A stretch of 64,000 bases of DNA. Origin: Octopus bimaculoides (lineage: Eukaryota). The first letter of the stretch is position 1. Each line of letters starts with the position of its first letter. The notes under the pieces are model-generated. The model saw only the letters and a list, made by a program, of their open reading frames with translations. It did no database searches and was not told the DNA's origin. The position numbers and the translations under genes were made by a program. The stretch covers positions 189,149,283 through 189,213,282 of the forward strand of contig NC_068981.1 of NCBI RefSeq assembly GCF_001194135.2. Reading direction: 5' to 3'. Below are positions 1-12,608 of this stretch, piece by piece.

Positions 1-29
1 TAAAGTTTTCAGAAATAACCCAATAAGTT

Positions 30-33
<4 letters not shown>

Positions 34-104
<71 letters not shown>
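34..104. repeat. Compound (TA)n(CA)n microsatellite
   Basis: Direct dinucleotide runs. Many similar tracts occur across the window, e.g. 1817-1849, 7628-7692, 38354-38412, 40207-40280, 52190-52620, 57290-57375. Confidence 0.95.
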
Positions 105-466
105 TATTTATATGATTTTTGAGTTTCATTTAAATTTCTGAGAGAGTTCAAGCCAGTTGCTAACAAAGCATCAAGGCTTTTTGAGTTAAGAGTCTTCTCG
201 GTGTTTGTAACTATGTGGTTGAATTGGTGTGTTGGTTGAGCTGTTGATGCACACACTCAAGTGTGTGCACCTATTCACCCAAAGAATCTCAGATGAAGAA
301 TCTTTGAAATTGCTTACAAATCATCAATGTGCCACTAATAGATTGCATTTGGAGAATTCATGTTTCTTATGTTCTTTTTCTATGAAACCAGGTATTTCAA
401 GGTTTTGTGAAAATTTGTTGGTACATAACCTAATGCACATATGATGATAGGTACAAATGAGAATTC

Positions 467-812
467 GTAGTGAAGGCGCATGGCTCAGTGGTTAGAGCGC
501 CGAGCTTACGATCGTGAAGTTGTGAGTTTGAATCCCGGACCGGGCTGCGTGTTGTATTCTTGAGCAAAACACTTTATTTCATGTCGCTCCAGTTAACTCA
601 GCTGCAGAAATGAGTTGCGACATTACTGGTGCCAAGCTGTATTGGCCCCTTTGCCTTTCCCTTGGATAACACTGGTGGCATGGAGAGGGGAAGCCAGTAT
701 GCATGGGCGACTGCTGGTCTTCCATAAACAACCTTGCCCGGACTTGTGCCGGAAGGGTAACTTTCTAGGTCTAGGTGCAATCCCATGGTCAGTCATGACC
801 AAAGGGGGTCTC
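467..812 (+). mobile_element. tRNA-derived SINE with Meta/CORE-like central domain (family M), near full length
   Basis: Pol III A-box TGGCTCAGTGG (481-491) and B-box-like GTTTGAATCCC (526-536), followed by GTGTTGTATTCTTGAGCAAAACACTTTATTTCA. Degenerate copies at ~6370-6560, ~46650-46890 and ~58460-58610. Confidence 0.8.
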
Positions 813-819
813 AGCTCAG

Positions 820-1320
820 TCAAGGTACAAGAGCTGTAAGTTCTGCATTAGTTCCCCATAAATGCTCTCTTTTGCCTGGACTTTTGATAGTACATTCACA
901 TCTGCTGAGCAGCTGACCTCTACAACAGCACATAACGTTTGTTCTTTCTCCCACAGAAAGAATATCAGGTCTATCATGTTTGCATCAAAATGATGTTTTT
1001 ACTGGGGGTGTTTTACCAGTATTCTTGTTTTTAAAGGTGTGAACACCTGCTGATTCTTACATATCTTTGATGTATATGTCAAGGCAGTCCTTCCTACAGA
1101 TAACATTGTAAATAGTCTTTGCAACTATATCATCCTTCAGGGGCAGGTAGTATCTCATAGACATTTTGGGGCAGCTGCTGATCATGTGGGTGATATCTTC
1201 ACATTATTGTAGCAGAGCCAATATTTTCTATCACAACATGTAGGTCTGGTGGTATCTTCATCCCTCTTACTTGTGAGGTATTTTCCTGGAGAGCGAAGGT
1301 ATATCCTTTTAGGTGGGATA
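820..1320 (-). mobile_element. Decayed R4/Dong-like non-LTR retrotransposon C-terminus (zinc knuckle plus restriction-like endonuclease)
   Basis: Frameshifted minus-strand translation gives WLCYNNV-DITHMISSCPKMSMRYYLPL.DDIVAK, KHDRPDIL and VVEVSCSADVNVLSKVQAKE..ELMQNLQLLY. These match the CCHC, RHD-like and PD..D/E motifs of RLE-clade LINEs. Confidence 0.75.
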
Positions 1321-1409
1321 TAATGTATCAAGGTGTCACACAGTGGGACTGAAGCCAGAACTATGTGGTTGGGAAGCAAGCTTCTTACCACACAGCCACA
1401 CCTAATATG

Positions 1410-1810
1410 TTTTGCTGCCCTGGGTCAAGAGGCTGGCTGCTGGAAGTGACTATGTTTGGCAACAGGACTCTGCACCATGCCACACAAGCAGGAGAACCCA
1501 GTCATGGCTGTCAGACAATTTCTGTGACCACATCACCCCTAACATCTGGCCATCTGACTCCCTAGAATGCAATCCCTTTGATTATTATGTGTGGGGTGCA
1601 GTTGAGCAAGAGACCAAAGGCAAGGATTGTGGCAGCATTGACCAACTTAAACAAGGAGACTGTCCAGAAGAGTTGCAGGAGATTCCAAAGTTGTCTGGAG
1701 GCCGTGGTTGAAGCCAATGGCAATTTTATTAAATGAATTTACTGTTTGGTATGTCAAGTTATTTTCATTTTTGCATGATTTAGACAACAGTTTATTCACT
1801 GCACCTTGTG
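1410..1810 (+). mobile_element. Tc1/mariner maT (DD37D) transposase 3' relic
   Basis: ORF 1412-1711 contains YVWQQD-SAPCHTSRRTQSWLSDNFCDHITPNIWPSDSLECNPF-DYYVWGAVE. There are exactly 37 residues between the second and third catalytic D. Confidence 0.9.
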
Positions 1811-1815
1811 CATGC

Positions 1816-1849
<34 letters not shown>

Positions 1850-1851
<2 letters not shown>

Positions 1852-2010
1852 CAAGCTTCTTTTAGTTTCTGTCTACCAAATCCACTCACACAGATTTGGT
1901 CAGCCTGAAGCTATAGTAGAAGACACTTGCCTAAGGTACCATGCAGTGGAACTGAATCTAGAACTATGTGGTTGGGAAGCAAGCTTCTAACCATACAGCC
2001 ACACCTCCTC
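1850..2010 (-). mobile_element. tRNA-derived SINE family A, 5' half (another fragment at 1325-1405)
   Basis: Reverse complement of the recurring head GGCTGTGTGGTAAGAAGCTTGCTTCCCAACCAC..GGTTCAGTCCCACTG..TTGGGCAAGTGTCTTCTACTATAG. Confidence 0.85.
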
Positions 2011-3630
2011 CTATGTTTATTTTTGTTTTTAATATATAGAATTAAACACATATTTAAGGAAGCAATACACCAAGTGAAACATATCACAGTAAACAGAACA
2101 ATCCTCTGAGTACCATCATTATAACAATATTAACAACATTTACAATTGTAAAACTGCACTTACTGCCTTCAGATTATTTTCTTTTATATTTTAACATTTT
2201 AAAATGACATTTTCTATTAAAGGGATTCTTGAATAGTTTTCTTATATTAAAAAAGATGACAATGATTTTCTATCTCAATAAATTTATTTGATTTGAGATT
2301 ATTTTCCATCAAGTTTCCAAATTTTTCTCTTTTTACATTAACCATTACATGCAAGCATGCAAAATGGATGTAAAATGACTATGATGATTCTAGAAGTTTG
2401 TTATAAATGTTAAAAGATAGGATAGGATAGGATTTCTAACATATGTGCCTTCTCAATTATGTATATTTACAAATAGAATTTTGTGTGCATATGTGTGTAA
2501 ATAAGTGCATGCACACTAAATATATATAATAAATCTGAAAATAAAGTGCATTCAAAATTATTCACTGTATTAGGGTGGATTAGGATGAGGAAGTATATGC
2601 ACACAGATGTTTGTTTAAGCACACTGAACCAACACTCCATACCAACTGAGGTTGAATTAAGAAACTAGAAAGAATTCATAAACTAAAACCAACCTCATAT
2701 AATTAATTTGAAAATCCAAATTGTAAAGCAAATCTTCTATAAAGCTTTGCTTTTCTAATGAGGCAGCCTTCAGCAATTCACTTTCATATTGCATATTTTA
2801 TGAAGTAAACATAGTAAACTGACATGGCCACAAGTGGAAGTATATAATCAATTATACCAACTTTAGTACTAGGCTGGTACTTTGATTTATTAATTTCAGA
2901 AAGTTGTTCAACAAAGTCAGCCTCATCAGGTACCAACTTTCAAATCACAAATAGATTGTGAAATGAAACAGACTGTCATTGAATATCTTGCAATATTGTG
3001 TTAGCACACTAATTCATAAACTAAATAGAACATTTTGAAAATGGCTTGGCTTATTGCAATAGCATACTTTAATATATTTGATGTCTGTTAGTATAGAAAC
3101 TGATGTATAATTTCTGAAATCTAGCAGTAGTAATATCAATGGAATTGCTTGACATAATTAAATTCTTAAAAGGAATATGTTTGTAGCTAGTTTACTATAG
3201 AGATAACAATAGAAATAAAGGTAGCATTACTACACAGGCAATATGTTACAAACTTATCTACAAATAATATAATTGGATTATACACAAAATTCTTCAAAAT
3301 TTATCTTCCTACATTTTAAAACCTTTATCAATTCATTTCTACAATTTTATCTTTCCTCAAATAACTAATAATGGTCTTTTTTCTGTTTTATTCCCATTTA
3401 AAATACACTCCCATTTCTGTATCTCTTATTCTCATATCTGGTACTAAATTCTAGCAACAAATTTGGCAACCCAGTAGTTGACAAAAATGTTTAACAATTT
3501 CCTTCTGTCAACTTTATGGTGTATACATCATTGATTTATCTTGTTTTATACATTACAGGACATTTTTCTGGAAAATATTTCATTTATATATAGTTTTAAT
3601 CAAAATTGGTTCTTTTTTTTTATTTTCTAG

Positions 3631-3652
3631 ATACAACTCCAGAAGTGAACAT
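3631..3652 (+). CDS. Candidate 22-nt microexon, host gene unknown
   Basis: TCTTTTTTTTTATTTTCTAG|ATACAACTCCAGAAGTGAACAT|GTAAGA. Strong acceptor and donor; open as (D)TTPEVN or YNSRSEH. Splice signals are the only evidence. Confidence 0.3.
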
Positions 3653-4564
3653 GTAAGATTTAACAGCTGAAAGATTTCAATTTGAACCCACTAAACTGCA
3701 GTCTGAATGTTTTTTCAATCTGAACAATTCATGGTCTTATTTAATTCATATACTTTAAGATGTGTTACATAATTTTAAACTTATTACTAAATGTTCACTA
3801 TTAAGTAATTTATACCTGATGTCAACAAATTTATAAAGCAACCCAACACAACAGTTTATGTAGTTCCAGTTACATTAAGGCTTTAATAAGATTTGCTTTG
3901 ATGGAAAATGTGATGCTGCTTTCCTTGTCAAATCTGTGTGTTTTTTCTAAAGATTGTATCAAAAAAATTATTTTGATGGATGAGTGGAATGACTGATTGA
4001 TCAATAAATACACAGATATACAAGTAAGTATTCAAATGAAGAATTATCAAAACAGATGTTCAGAAAAGTCTATAAACCACATACATGAAAAGGTCAGTTA
4101 TGTTCAGAATTGACAGGCGGGAATAAATAGAAATTTCTGTCAAAGCAATTGGAGTGTCAATCAAGAATTGTATTCAGCCTGACAAAGTATCCTTGGAGAT
4201 TTACACAGAAAATACACCAAAATATTTGAGCACCACATGAAAAGTATATTATTAAATTAATGATTCAGCCTTTGGAACTGCTTTCAAAAAATACAATTCA
4301 AAGCATACATATATACTTTGTATATACATCAAAGTATATACTGCCAAATCCACTCACACTTTGAACAACTAGTTGCCTGCTCATTGTACTGATCCCTGCA
4401 TACAAATGAGTTCAAATATATTACTGGTTTAGAGAAAATATTGAATGCCAAAAGCTGTTTTCAACTTAAGTCTTTTTACAGAAAAGACTGCATAGCAGCT
4501 CTCTAACTCCATAGATTAACCACAGGAATTGTTCTTAAAATGAGGCTCCTAGATATTATCTTTT

Positions 4565-5250
4565 ATCTTTCACTTCTTTCAGACTGTGGCCATGCTGGGG
4601 CACTGCCTTGAAGGATTTTTGTTGAGTGTATCGACCCCAGTACTTATTTATTTTCTATTTTATCAGTCTCTTTTGACAACCAGTGTTAGTGTGTTTATGG
4701 AGATGTAAACACACCAACACTGGTTGTCAAGTGGTGGTGGGGGACAAACACAAACACGCACACATATATATATATATATGTGATGAATGTACTGTTCTGT
4801 GATCAACAAGAAAAGTACTCCATCTGGTGAGAGATAAATATTATTTGATAGACATAATACATGTTTATATGTGCTACTAATAGTTTCATGCGTTGAGAAA
4901 TACCTCAAACATATTCATAACGCACACACCACATAATATAACAAACTAAAAATTGAATGAGAGAAGAAATGTGAAAAGTTGAGAAGGAAGCATATAGAAA
5001 ATGTGTAAGATTAAAAAATAGAAAATGTGTAAGATTAAAAAATAGAAAATGTGTAAGATTAAAAAATAGTAAATGAAAAACAGAAAACAAAAAGCTAAAA
5101 AAAAGGTAAAAAAATGGGCTTCTTTCAGTTTCTGTCAATCAAATTCACTCATAACCTATAGTAGAAGGCACTTGCCCAAAGTCTCACACAGTGGGACTGA
5201 ACCTGGAACCATGTGGTTGGGAAGCAAACTTCTTACCACACTGCCATACC
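4565..5250 (-). mobile_element. SINE family A (type-1 tail), linker expanded by ~330 bp of extra sequence
   Basis: 3' half at 4565-4785 and 5' half at 5115-5250, separated by unique sequence that includes a 24-nt tandem repeat. Confidence 0.75.
4995..5066. repeat. Perfect 24-nt tandem repeat x3 (TAGAAAATGTGTAAGATTAAAAAA)
   Basis: Units at 4995-5018, 5019-5042 and 5043-5066, read directly. Confidence 0.95.
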
Positions 5251-5666
5251 TGCACCTTACATTTATCTTCCACTCTGGTATGAGTTGGATGCTTTGACGA
5301 GTTCCAATGAGTCAGAAGGACTGTCATACCTCAGTGTGTCTTTATACATAGGTTTATTAAGGGTAACAAACAAGCTTGTAGCTGAGAAAGACAGAAATGA
5401 AATGATGACATCAAGGACTAGATGGAAGAGAACCCTGATAGAATGTACAATTGCAACCTGGGACTACAATGTGTAGTGTGGAGTGGTGGTTGTACCTGAT
5501 TCCCCACCACCACTGACTCAACTATGAGGATGGAGTATGAATGTTTTTGTACAACAAACAAAAACACTATTTAATAATCCAACAATAATCAACCAAAAGA
5601 AAATTTTATTAAATTTCTTTGATAGAATTTCCCAAGCAAAATCATGGTTAGGAAGACCATTATCAT

Positions 5667-5920
5667 TCATCATCATTGTTTAATGTCTGCTTTCCATGCT
5701 AACATGGATTGGACAGTTTGACTGAAGACTGGCAAGCCAGGAGGCTGTTCTAAAATGGTTTCTAGAGCTGGATGTCCTTCCTAATGCCAACCACTCAGAG
5801 CGTAGGGGGTGATTTTTACATGCCACTAGCATGAGGGCGTCAGGTGACACTGGCATCGACCACACTTGAATGGGGCTTTTTATGTGCCACCAGCATGGGT
5901 GCCAGTCAGGCAGCACTGAT
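5667..5920 (-). mobile_element. RTE LINE 3'-UTR-derived repeat (family C, (GAT)n tail)
   Basis: Shares CATCATCAT-TTTAA.GTC.GCTTTCCATGCT..CATGG with the copy physically joined to an RTE ORF at 22010-22640. Other copies: 11955-12345(+), 14290-14447(+), 15320-15835(-), 18245-18575(-), 19637-20200(-), 36860-37255(+), 63430-63580(+). Confidence 0.85.
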
Positions 5921-7109
5921 ATCTAATTTTCTACACTTATATGAGACGTGTTTGATAAAATTTTCATCAAGAAATGGTCTAAACAATTTATGAAGACAAA
6001 TGATTAAATGTGCAAGGACCACAATGTCATCTTCCTTATTTTACCAAATGGTGAGTCATTGTGCCAATATACACAAAAAAAAAGAACCAAAAAAAAACAA
6101 ACAATCACCTACAGACTAAGGAGTAACAATATAATAGAATGAAAAGTACTGAACAGTGTGCATGTGAGTATGATAGAAATAAAAGCTTCATAATCAATAA
6201 TATGTAATTATTAAAATGGTAACCTTTAGAAAAAAATATTCCATAAATTGTCTTTTTTTTCCTCTAGTTATTTCTTTATTTGTAACTCTCATATGTGAAG
6301 TTTTTATTTAGATACTTTAGGAAAGGAATTTTTATTATAAATTAAATGGTTTCAATGAAAATATAGTAAAGGTGATTAGGACTCATGGATTCAATTCATA
6401 AGTTTATGGTTTCAATTCCCAGACAAGATGATGCACTGTATTCTTGAGCAAAACATTTCATTTCACATTGCTCTCTCTCTCTAATCCACACAGTTGAAAA
6501 TGATTATGAGCAATAATTCTACAAGAGACTGGTGACCCATTCAAAAGAAGGAGTGTACTGTACTCTCTTGTTCACTTACATGATATAGAAGCTGAGATAA
6601 ACTCCAGTGTATAGATGCATGAGAAAACAGTATATTTAATGATAATATGCAGAGAAAATAGTTTTATGGTAATCAAACTGAAAGAAGCTAAAAGCAATAC
6701 TGAATAAAATGATTGAATGTGACCTACAAGAACTAAGAGAAATTAGGAAACAATGGGCATGTAATACAGCAGGCCTATGCATAACAATATTAAAAAATAT
6801 ATACTATATAGATATATTTTAATATAAATAAATAATGATGTATTAAAACGAATACTAAGGTTTGTCACATTTTCACATAACCAACAGCAGTTTAAAATGA
6901 AGATTAGCATTGTGCTATTTGGTACAAAGTATTTTCTGATTTTTGTCATAAATCAGCAACAGTGTATAGAAAATATATTTGACAATCAATAATAGAATAT
7001 TGTTCCATGGTTTGCTGGTAGGAAACAATTTTCATTCCATAGAATTCATGTAGAGTTAATAAAGACTTACCCATTCTCTTTTGGGCGTCACTAGATATAG
7101 TATTAATTT

Positions 7110-7231
7110 ACTCTTACTCTCTTTTACTTGTTTCAGTCATTTTGACTGTGACCACCCTGGAGCACCGCCTTTTAGTCAAGCAATGTTGGGGGGACAAACA
7201 CAGACACACAAATATATACACACACATACAT

Positions 7232-7272
<41 letters not shown>

Positions 7273-7385
7273 ACGGGCTTCTTTCAGTTTCTGTCTACCA
7301 AATCCACTCACAAGGCTTTGGTTGGCCCAAGGCTATAGTAGAAGACACTTGCCCAAGGTGCCACACAGTGGGACTGAACCCAGAA
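7110..7385 (-). mobile_element. SINE family A (type-1 tail)
   Basis: Both halves present, joined by a (CA)/(TA) microsatellite linker. Confidence 0.85.
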
Positions 7386-7624
7386 CCATTATGCATGGAA
7401 GTAATGGCTAAGCAATATTTAAGCAATGTAATGCATGCTCCTGGCATTTCAAATTCAAAAGATTTTATAATCTACAATAAAATGTATTTACTGAATCATG
7501 ACCTACATTTAATATCTATTTTAAAATTGTAACTCACATACCCTCAATGACTGCATGTGTTTCAATATCAAAACAATCTTAGATAAGCAACATGAAAAAC
7601 TAGTGCAGTTCTGATTAGACACAT

Positions 7625-7665
<41 letters not shown>

Positions 7666-10600
7666 TCTGTGTGTGTGTGTGTATGTGTGTGTGCTAATAT
7701 TGAACAGAGAGAATGAGTGCTCAACATCTCATCAGTGGAATTGTTGGATAAACATGCTTTATATGTTGGTTTCATGCTGAGAATTCTGAGCAATTGTCAA
7801 CCTGTCTCATAGGTTGTTGGTTCTCATTTCCATCTGTGCAGGTGGCACGTAAAATACACCATTTCTACACTGGTGTACAGCTCACATTACTATGATTCCA
7901 TCCCCAACAGGGTTAAAGTACAAATTCAAAGAATCAGTTTTTCCCTTTCTCTCTATTACTTCTAATGTTACAATCATGGCCTTGGCTCATAGCTACCTCC
8001 ATAATCTCTCTCTCTTTCTCTCTCTCAACCTATCCTATTCACATCAATTTCCATTATAACACATCCTAGACATCCACACGATGCACTTTGATCAGCCTTT
8101 CCTCCCCCAGAGAAAAGGCTATCAGGAATTACCTTTCCACACACATTTTCCCTATAAACACAAATCTGTATGTATTCAACTTAAAGCATCAACCATATCA
8201 ACACTTATTTCAGAATCTGGGTCTGAATCAACAGACTTAATATGGTTGAAATATTAGTTAGACTAGCAGAGATTAATTCCCCTTAAGATATGACACCTCA
8301 CGGCTATCGAAATTATAAACAAATAAAATTGATTGAATTCCGTTCTTTGAAATGTCAATTCTGACAAGAAAATTTGACAAATATATAGGTTACATTTATT
8401 ATTTAATAGCCTTATACTTCTACTTGAGTCTCATAAAATTAAAGAAAAAAAGATTGCTATACTTATCTTTTCAAGTAAGCTGTATTAAACTAATACAATT
8501 ACTTAACTTTCCTTCCCTTAAACAATAGATTCTATTAAAATCTGCCTTAAGGAACTGACACAATCAAGGATTAGATAATGAGATACACAACATACTATGT
8601 CAGGTTTCAATCTGATAAACCTGCAGGATATAGCACCTAGTTAAATCTTTCCTATTCTGGAATTATAGGTATGGAAAATAAATCTATTTTAGATATGACA
8701 ATTATCATTCCATATGTCCATTACAACAAAGATATATATATATAAAAATAGTACATGTATCATAGGTATGAGAAACAATTTTCTTTCCAAATCATATTCC
8801 TAATACAATATAAACGTTCATTTTATTAATAGTAATCAATTTCAGAATTGTTTACTTTGTCTTATTTTACAAGAATTAAAAATGCTAATTAATTTTCATT
8901 GTTACAGAAGTAATTTTAATTGATCAAACATTTCTTTTTTTATCATACTGCTTGGTATATTGGACCCCTACTTAACTGATGTTGCACTCAACAGGGAATG
9001 TCACAATCATTTCTCACATCTGGGTCCCTCTAAAGAAAACTTTCAACTACATAATTTGTAGTTCTTCTTTGGATGGCACACATAATATCTTAATAATAGA
9101 ATAGCAGACTGTACTGGTATAGTCATGAGATACAAATATTCAATGAGTGCTGGTTGCAAAGTTAAGCTCAACTGTTAGTGACAAACACTGATGAAACAAG
9201 CTAAGAAAGGTATGAGGGTGAGGGAAAAGAAACCAAGTCAGAAATCAGGGCATTTCTCCTCAAATATGAAACAATAAGAGTGAGATGAATGCTGATATTC
9301 TGTGTGATAGATATTGTGATGCAAACAAGAAAAATAGTATTCAAAATATATGTATATTTTTATTAATATTTAGCAGAAGCAACAGAGTGACTCAAGGGCT
9401 GAGAGCTTTGTGCTTTGGCACTGCTTCTGTTAAATATTAATAGATATATACTGTGTGACAGATATGTCCAACCTATGGAAACAGACATTAAAACATTATG
9501 ACATAAGAATATAATAATGTAATTTATAAAAAAAACCTTAAGAAATTTAAAATGCTCAATATATGTAGTATATATACAAACACTTCCCTTGAAGCTGAAA
9601 AAATATAACGAGAGCAGCAAAGATGAATAGAGTGTACAGAAAGAAAATTCACACATATAATCTATGTTAATCACTTGTAAGAGTAATTATTGTTCAATAA
9701 TCACTGTAGTCTACTAAAAAGCTGTTCTGACGATAAACTGAAATTTTATTGACAAATATGATGCTTTGATTAGATATAAGCAAGGTGTCTTATTTTAATC
9801 ATAACTACAAACATTTTTTAATCCGTATTAAAAAGAAAAAATCTACAAAACAATGCATTGCGAAAGTGAATGAGCATAAGATAGCTGCCCTGAGAACATT
9901 GCAGACAAACTGGTACAGGTGAATGTTGTCTCACAAGCAACTGAACTGCATTCCCAATCAAATATCAAGTTTAACCAACAAACAAAATACACAAAGCCAT
10001 CATTGCCTATATTTTGGTTCAATTCTTGATGGTATATCAATAATCAATATTCATCTTCCATACTACAAAAACAAAAAATTAAAGGATAAAAATAACAGTA
10101 TATTATGGTTTTAGAATAGCACAAACTATATCATAGATATTACAATTTCTCTTAAGATAAAAATCAATTATTTTGTAGGCTACAGAAAACCTAACTGGAA
10201 AATAGTTACTATACTTAATAAATGTATTGTTAGTATTTGAATGAAGAGCTAGCTATAAAAACATAAGCTTCATTCATTAATAAAAATGTCTAAATTTGCA
10301 GGCCCATTTTACCAATGAGAAATGAACTTATTTCTTTCCAGCATTTTATCCACTGTCTGAAACTAAGATATTAATACTTTAAAGATCAGATAATCTTATC
10401 ACAAACAATGCACTATTTCCATCAGCAATTACATTGCCATCATTTACAAAAGTTCATGTGGACTTCATAGAATACAGTCACCATTTAAAGATTTTGCATT
10501 AATTACGATCTGCAAAATTTTAATTTAGAGAACAAATTATTGATGTTCTTTGATTTAATAACCAGGTTCTGCATACTTATAATCTGGCTATTAAATCATT

Positions 10601-11738
10601 CATGTAATACAAAACTTTAAATGGTAAGAAAAACTATCATGTTACCTAAAAACCTATGTAATCCCACATTCTGCAGCAAGTGACACACTGTCGTATATTA
10701 TTCCACTCAAGAAATACATTTATACAACGTTGCAGAAGCAATAAAGGACATCCATAGGAATCTATTATGTTTTAATCAATATCATGAATAAATAAAATAA
10801 ACCAATAAAAACCAAAGAAATTCTTTAAAACATATTTAGTTTCAACAATATGTAACAACTGTCAGAAATATATCTTCTACTCTGCTAAAATGTTTGCAAC
10901 ATACAACTGACATGGTTTGATGCTTTGGTGGAAAACCATTTTTGTCACTTTGTTTTTGCAAGTACCAGTGAATAGTGTAATGTGAATTCATATGTGTGTG
11001 TGTAGCTGAAAGAATGGGAAACATTTTATATTAAGCTGCTACATAATACTTTACTTGGAAAAATTTTTCATAAAATGAGACCCATTATAGTCATAATCAT
11101 GGCTTGAAGCTTTTCTCACATTTCTGTTTACAATAATTTATAACAGCAACAAAATATTATCAAGAGTATTATTACAGAAATAATACTATGGTTGTACCAG
11201 TAGCAGCAGTAATAACAAAAGATAGAGAAAAGAGTAAATGTTATTGTAAAGCAGAAGAAGATTGTAAATATCCAAGATTGATTTTATCTACCAGCATGAA
11301 AAATGTTAAGAAACCCATGAACAATAAATCAACAGCAGCAGATTCTTTTAACTTGAAACAGACTGGTTGAGGAAATGTGATTAACTTTTGACCCTTCCTC
11401 ATACCAACCTGCCTGAGACAGATCCTGATTTTATGATAGAAACTTCCTGTTATAAAGAGATCCAAATCAAAATCTTATCTCAAAATTTCATATTTCATGT
11501 TCCAAACACCAACTTGATAAAGTTATTTGACTAAATTCTTCATTATTTTCAAAATTAATTAAAACAGCAGCAACGTATTTCAATAGAAATATGGTAACAA
11601 AAAGGTGAATTCAATTAACGAATGTTACTGGTATTTGTTTTATTGATTCCAAATAACTGAAAGAGAAGAAACACAAAGGACGAGATTCTAAATTACCAAA
11701 TAAACTTTACTCTTCCAATTGTAATACAGATTTCTTAC

Positions 11739-11840
11739 AAACACAAGAAAACAAAAGCTCCTCACTGAGGCCGAAATATTTTGCAATAGTCCAAAGTTTA
11801 TAAAGCCAAACCATTAAAAACAACCTTTTGTTCATTTTTA
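11739..11840 (-). CDS. Candidate 102-nt exon (xKMNKRLFLMVWLYKLWTIAKYFGLSEELLFSCV)
   Basis: Acceptor TTTTTTTTTTATCCAAG| and donor |GTAAGA; phase 1 to 1 and open. Phase-compatible with a possible terminal exon starting at 10062 (LWKMNIDY*). No homolog recognised. Confidence 0.2.
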
Positions 11841-11954
11841 CTTGGATAAAAAAAAAAATCTATGGCATTATACAAAAAGAAATGCACGATTGCTGCACAT
11901 TTATTATTGTATAATAACCAAAACATCTCAGATGTCATCATTATTCTCATTTAA

Positions 11955-12345
11955 TTATTATTGCATTATATGGACTGGCTCCTGTGCAGGTGACACGTAA
12001 TACACCATTTCAAGCGTGGCCTTTGCCAGTAAGACATCTGAGCGAGATCATTGCCAGTGCCCCTGGACTGGCCCTTGTGCAGGTGGCACGTAAAATACAC
12101 CATTTTGAGCATTGCCATTGCCAGTACCGCCTGACTGGCCTTCGTGCCAGTGGCACATAAATGCACCCACTACACTCTCAGAGTGGTTGGCGTTAGGAAG
12201 GGCATCCAGCTGTAGAAACTCTGCCAAATCAGATTGGAGCCTGGTGTAGCCATCTGGTTTCACCAGTCCTCAGTCAAATCGTCCAACCCATGCTAGCATG
12301 GAAAGCGGACGTTAAACGACGATGATGACAATGATGATGATTCTA
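11955..12345 (+). mobile_element. RTE 3'-UTR repeat (family C) with internally duplicated module
   Basis: The GGACTGGC.C.TGTGCAGGTG.CACGTAA.TACACCATTT module occurs twice. Ends in (GAT)n. Confidence 0.85.
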
Positions 12346-12556
12346 TTTGCAGCTATCACAGCTTGAAATCTACTTTATGAGGGTTAAAATTTTATGGAAA
12401 ATTTATGGTCAAGAAGATCATTTCATGACAACACAATAAAAGCTGAAACCCACTTACACAGAAGGGTGAGCAAGTGTTCTCTACTATAGTCCTGGGATGA
12501 CCTAAGGCAGACAAAAATATACATATTTACATGTATGTACATACACACATACACAC

Positions 12557-12608
<52 letters not shown>

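Noticed and set aside
467-540. tRNA-like sequence
   Set aside because: It is a SINE head: A/B boxes run directly into SINE body with no complete cloverleaf.
4310-4340. 11-bp hairpin TATATACTTTG/CAAAGTATATA
   Set aside because: Short and AT-rich, so plausibly chance or slippage.
11383-11610. Possible piggyBac-type MITE
   Set aside because: The termini are too degenerate to demonstrate TIRs or TTAA TSDs from this copy.
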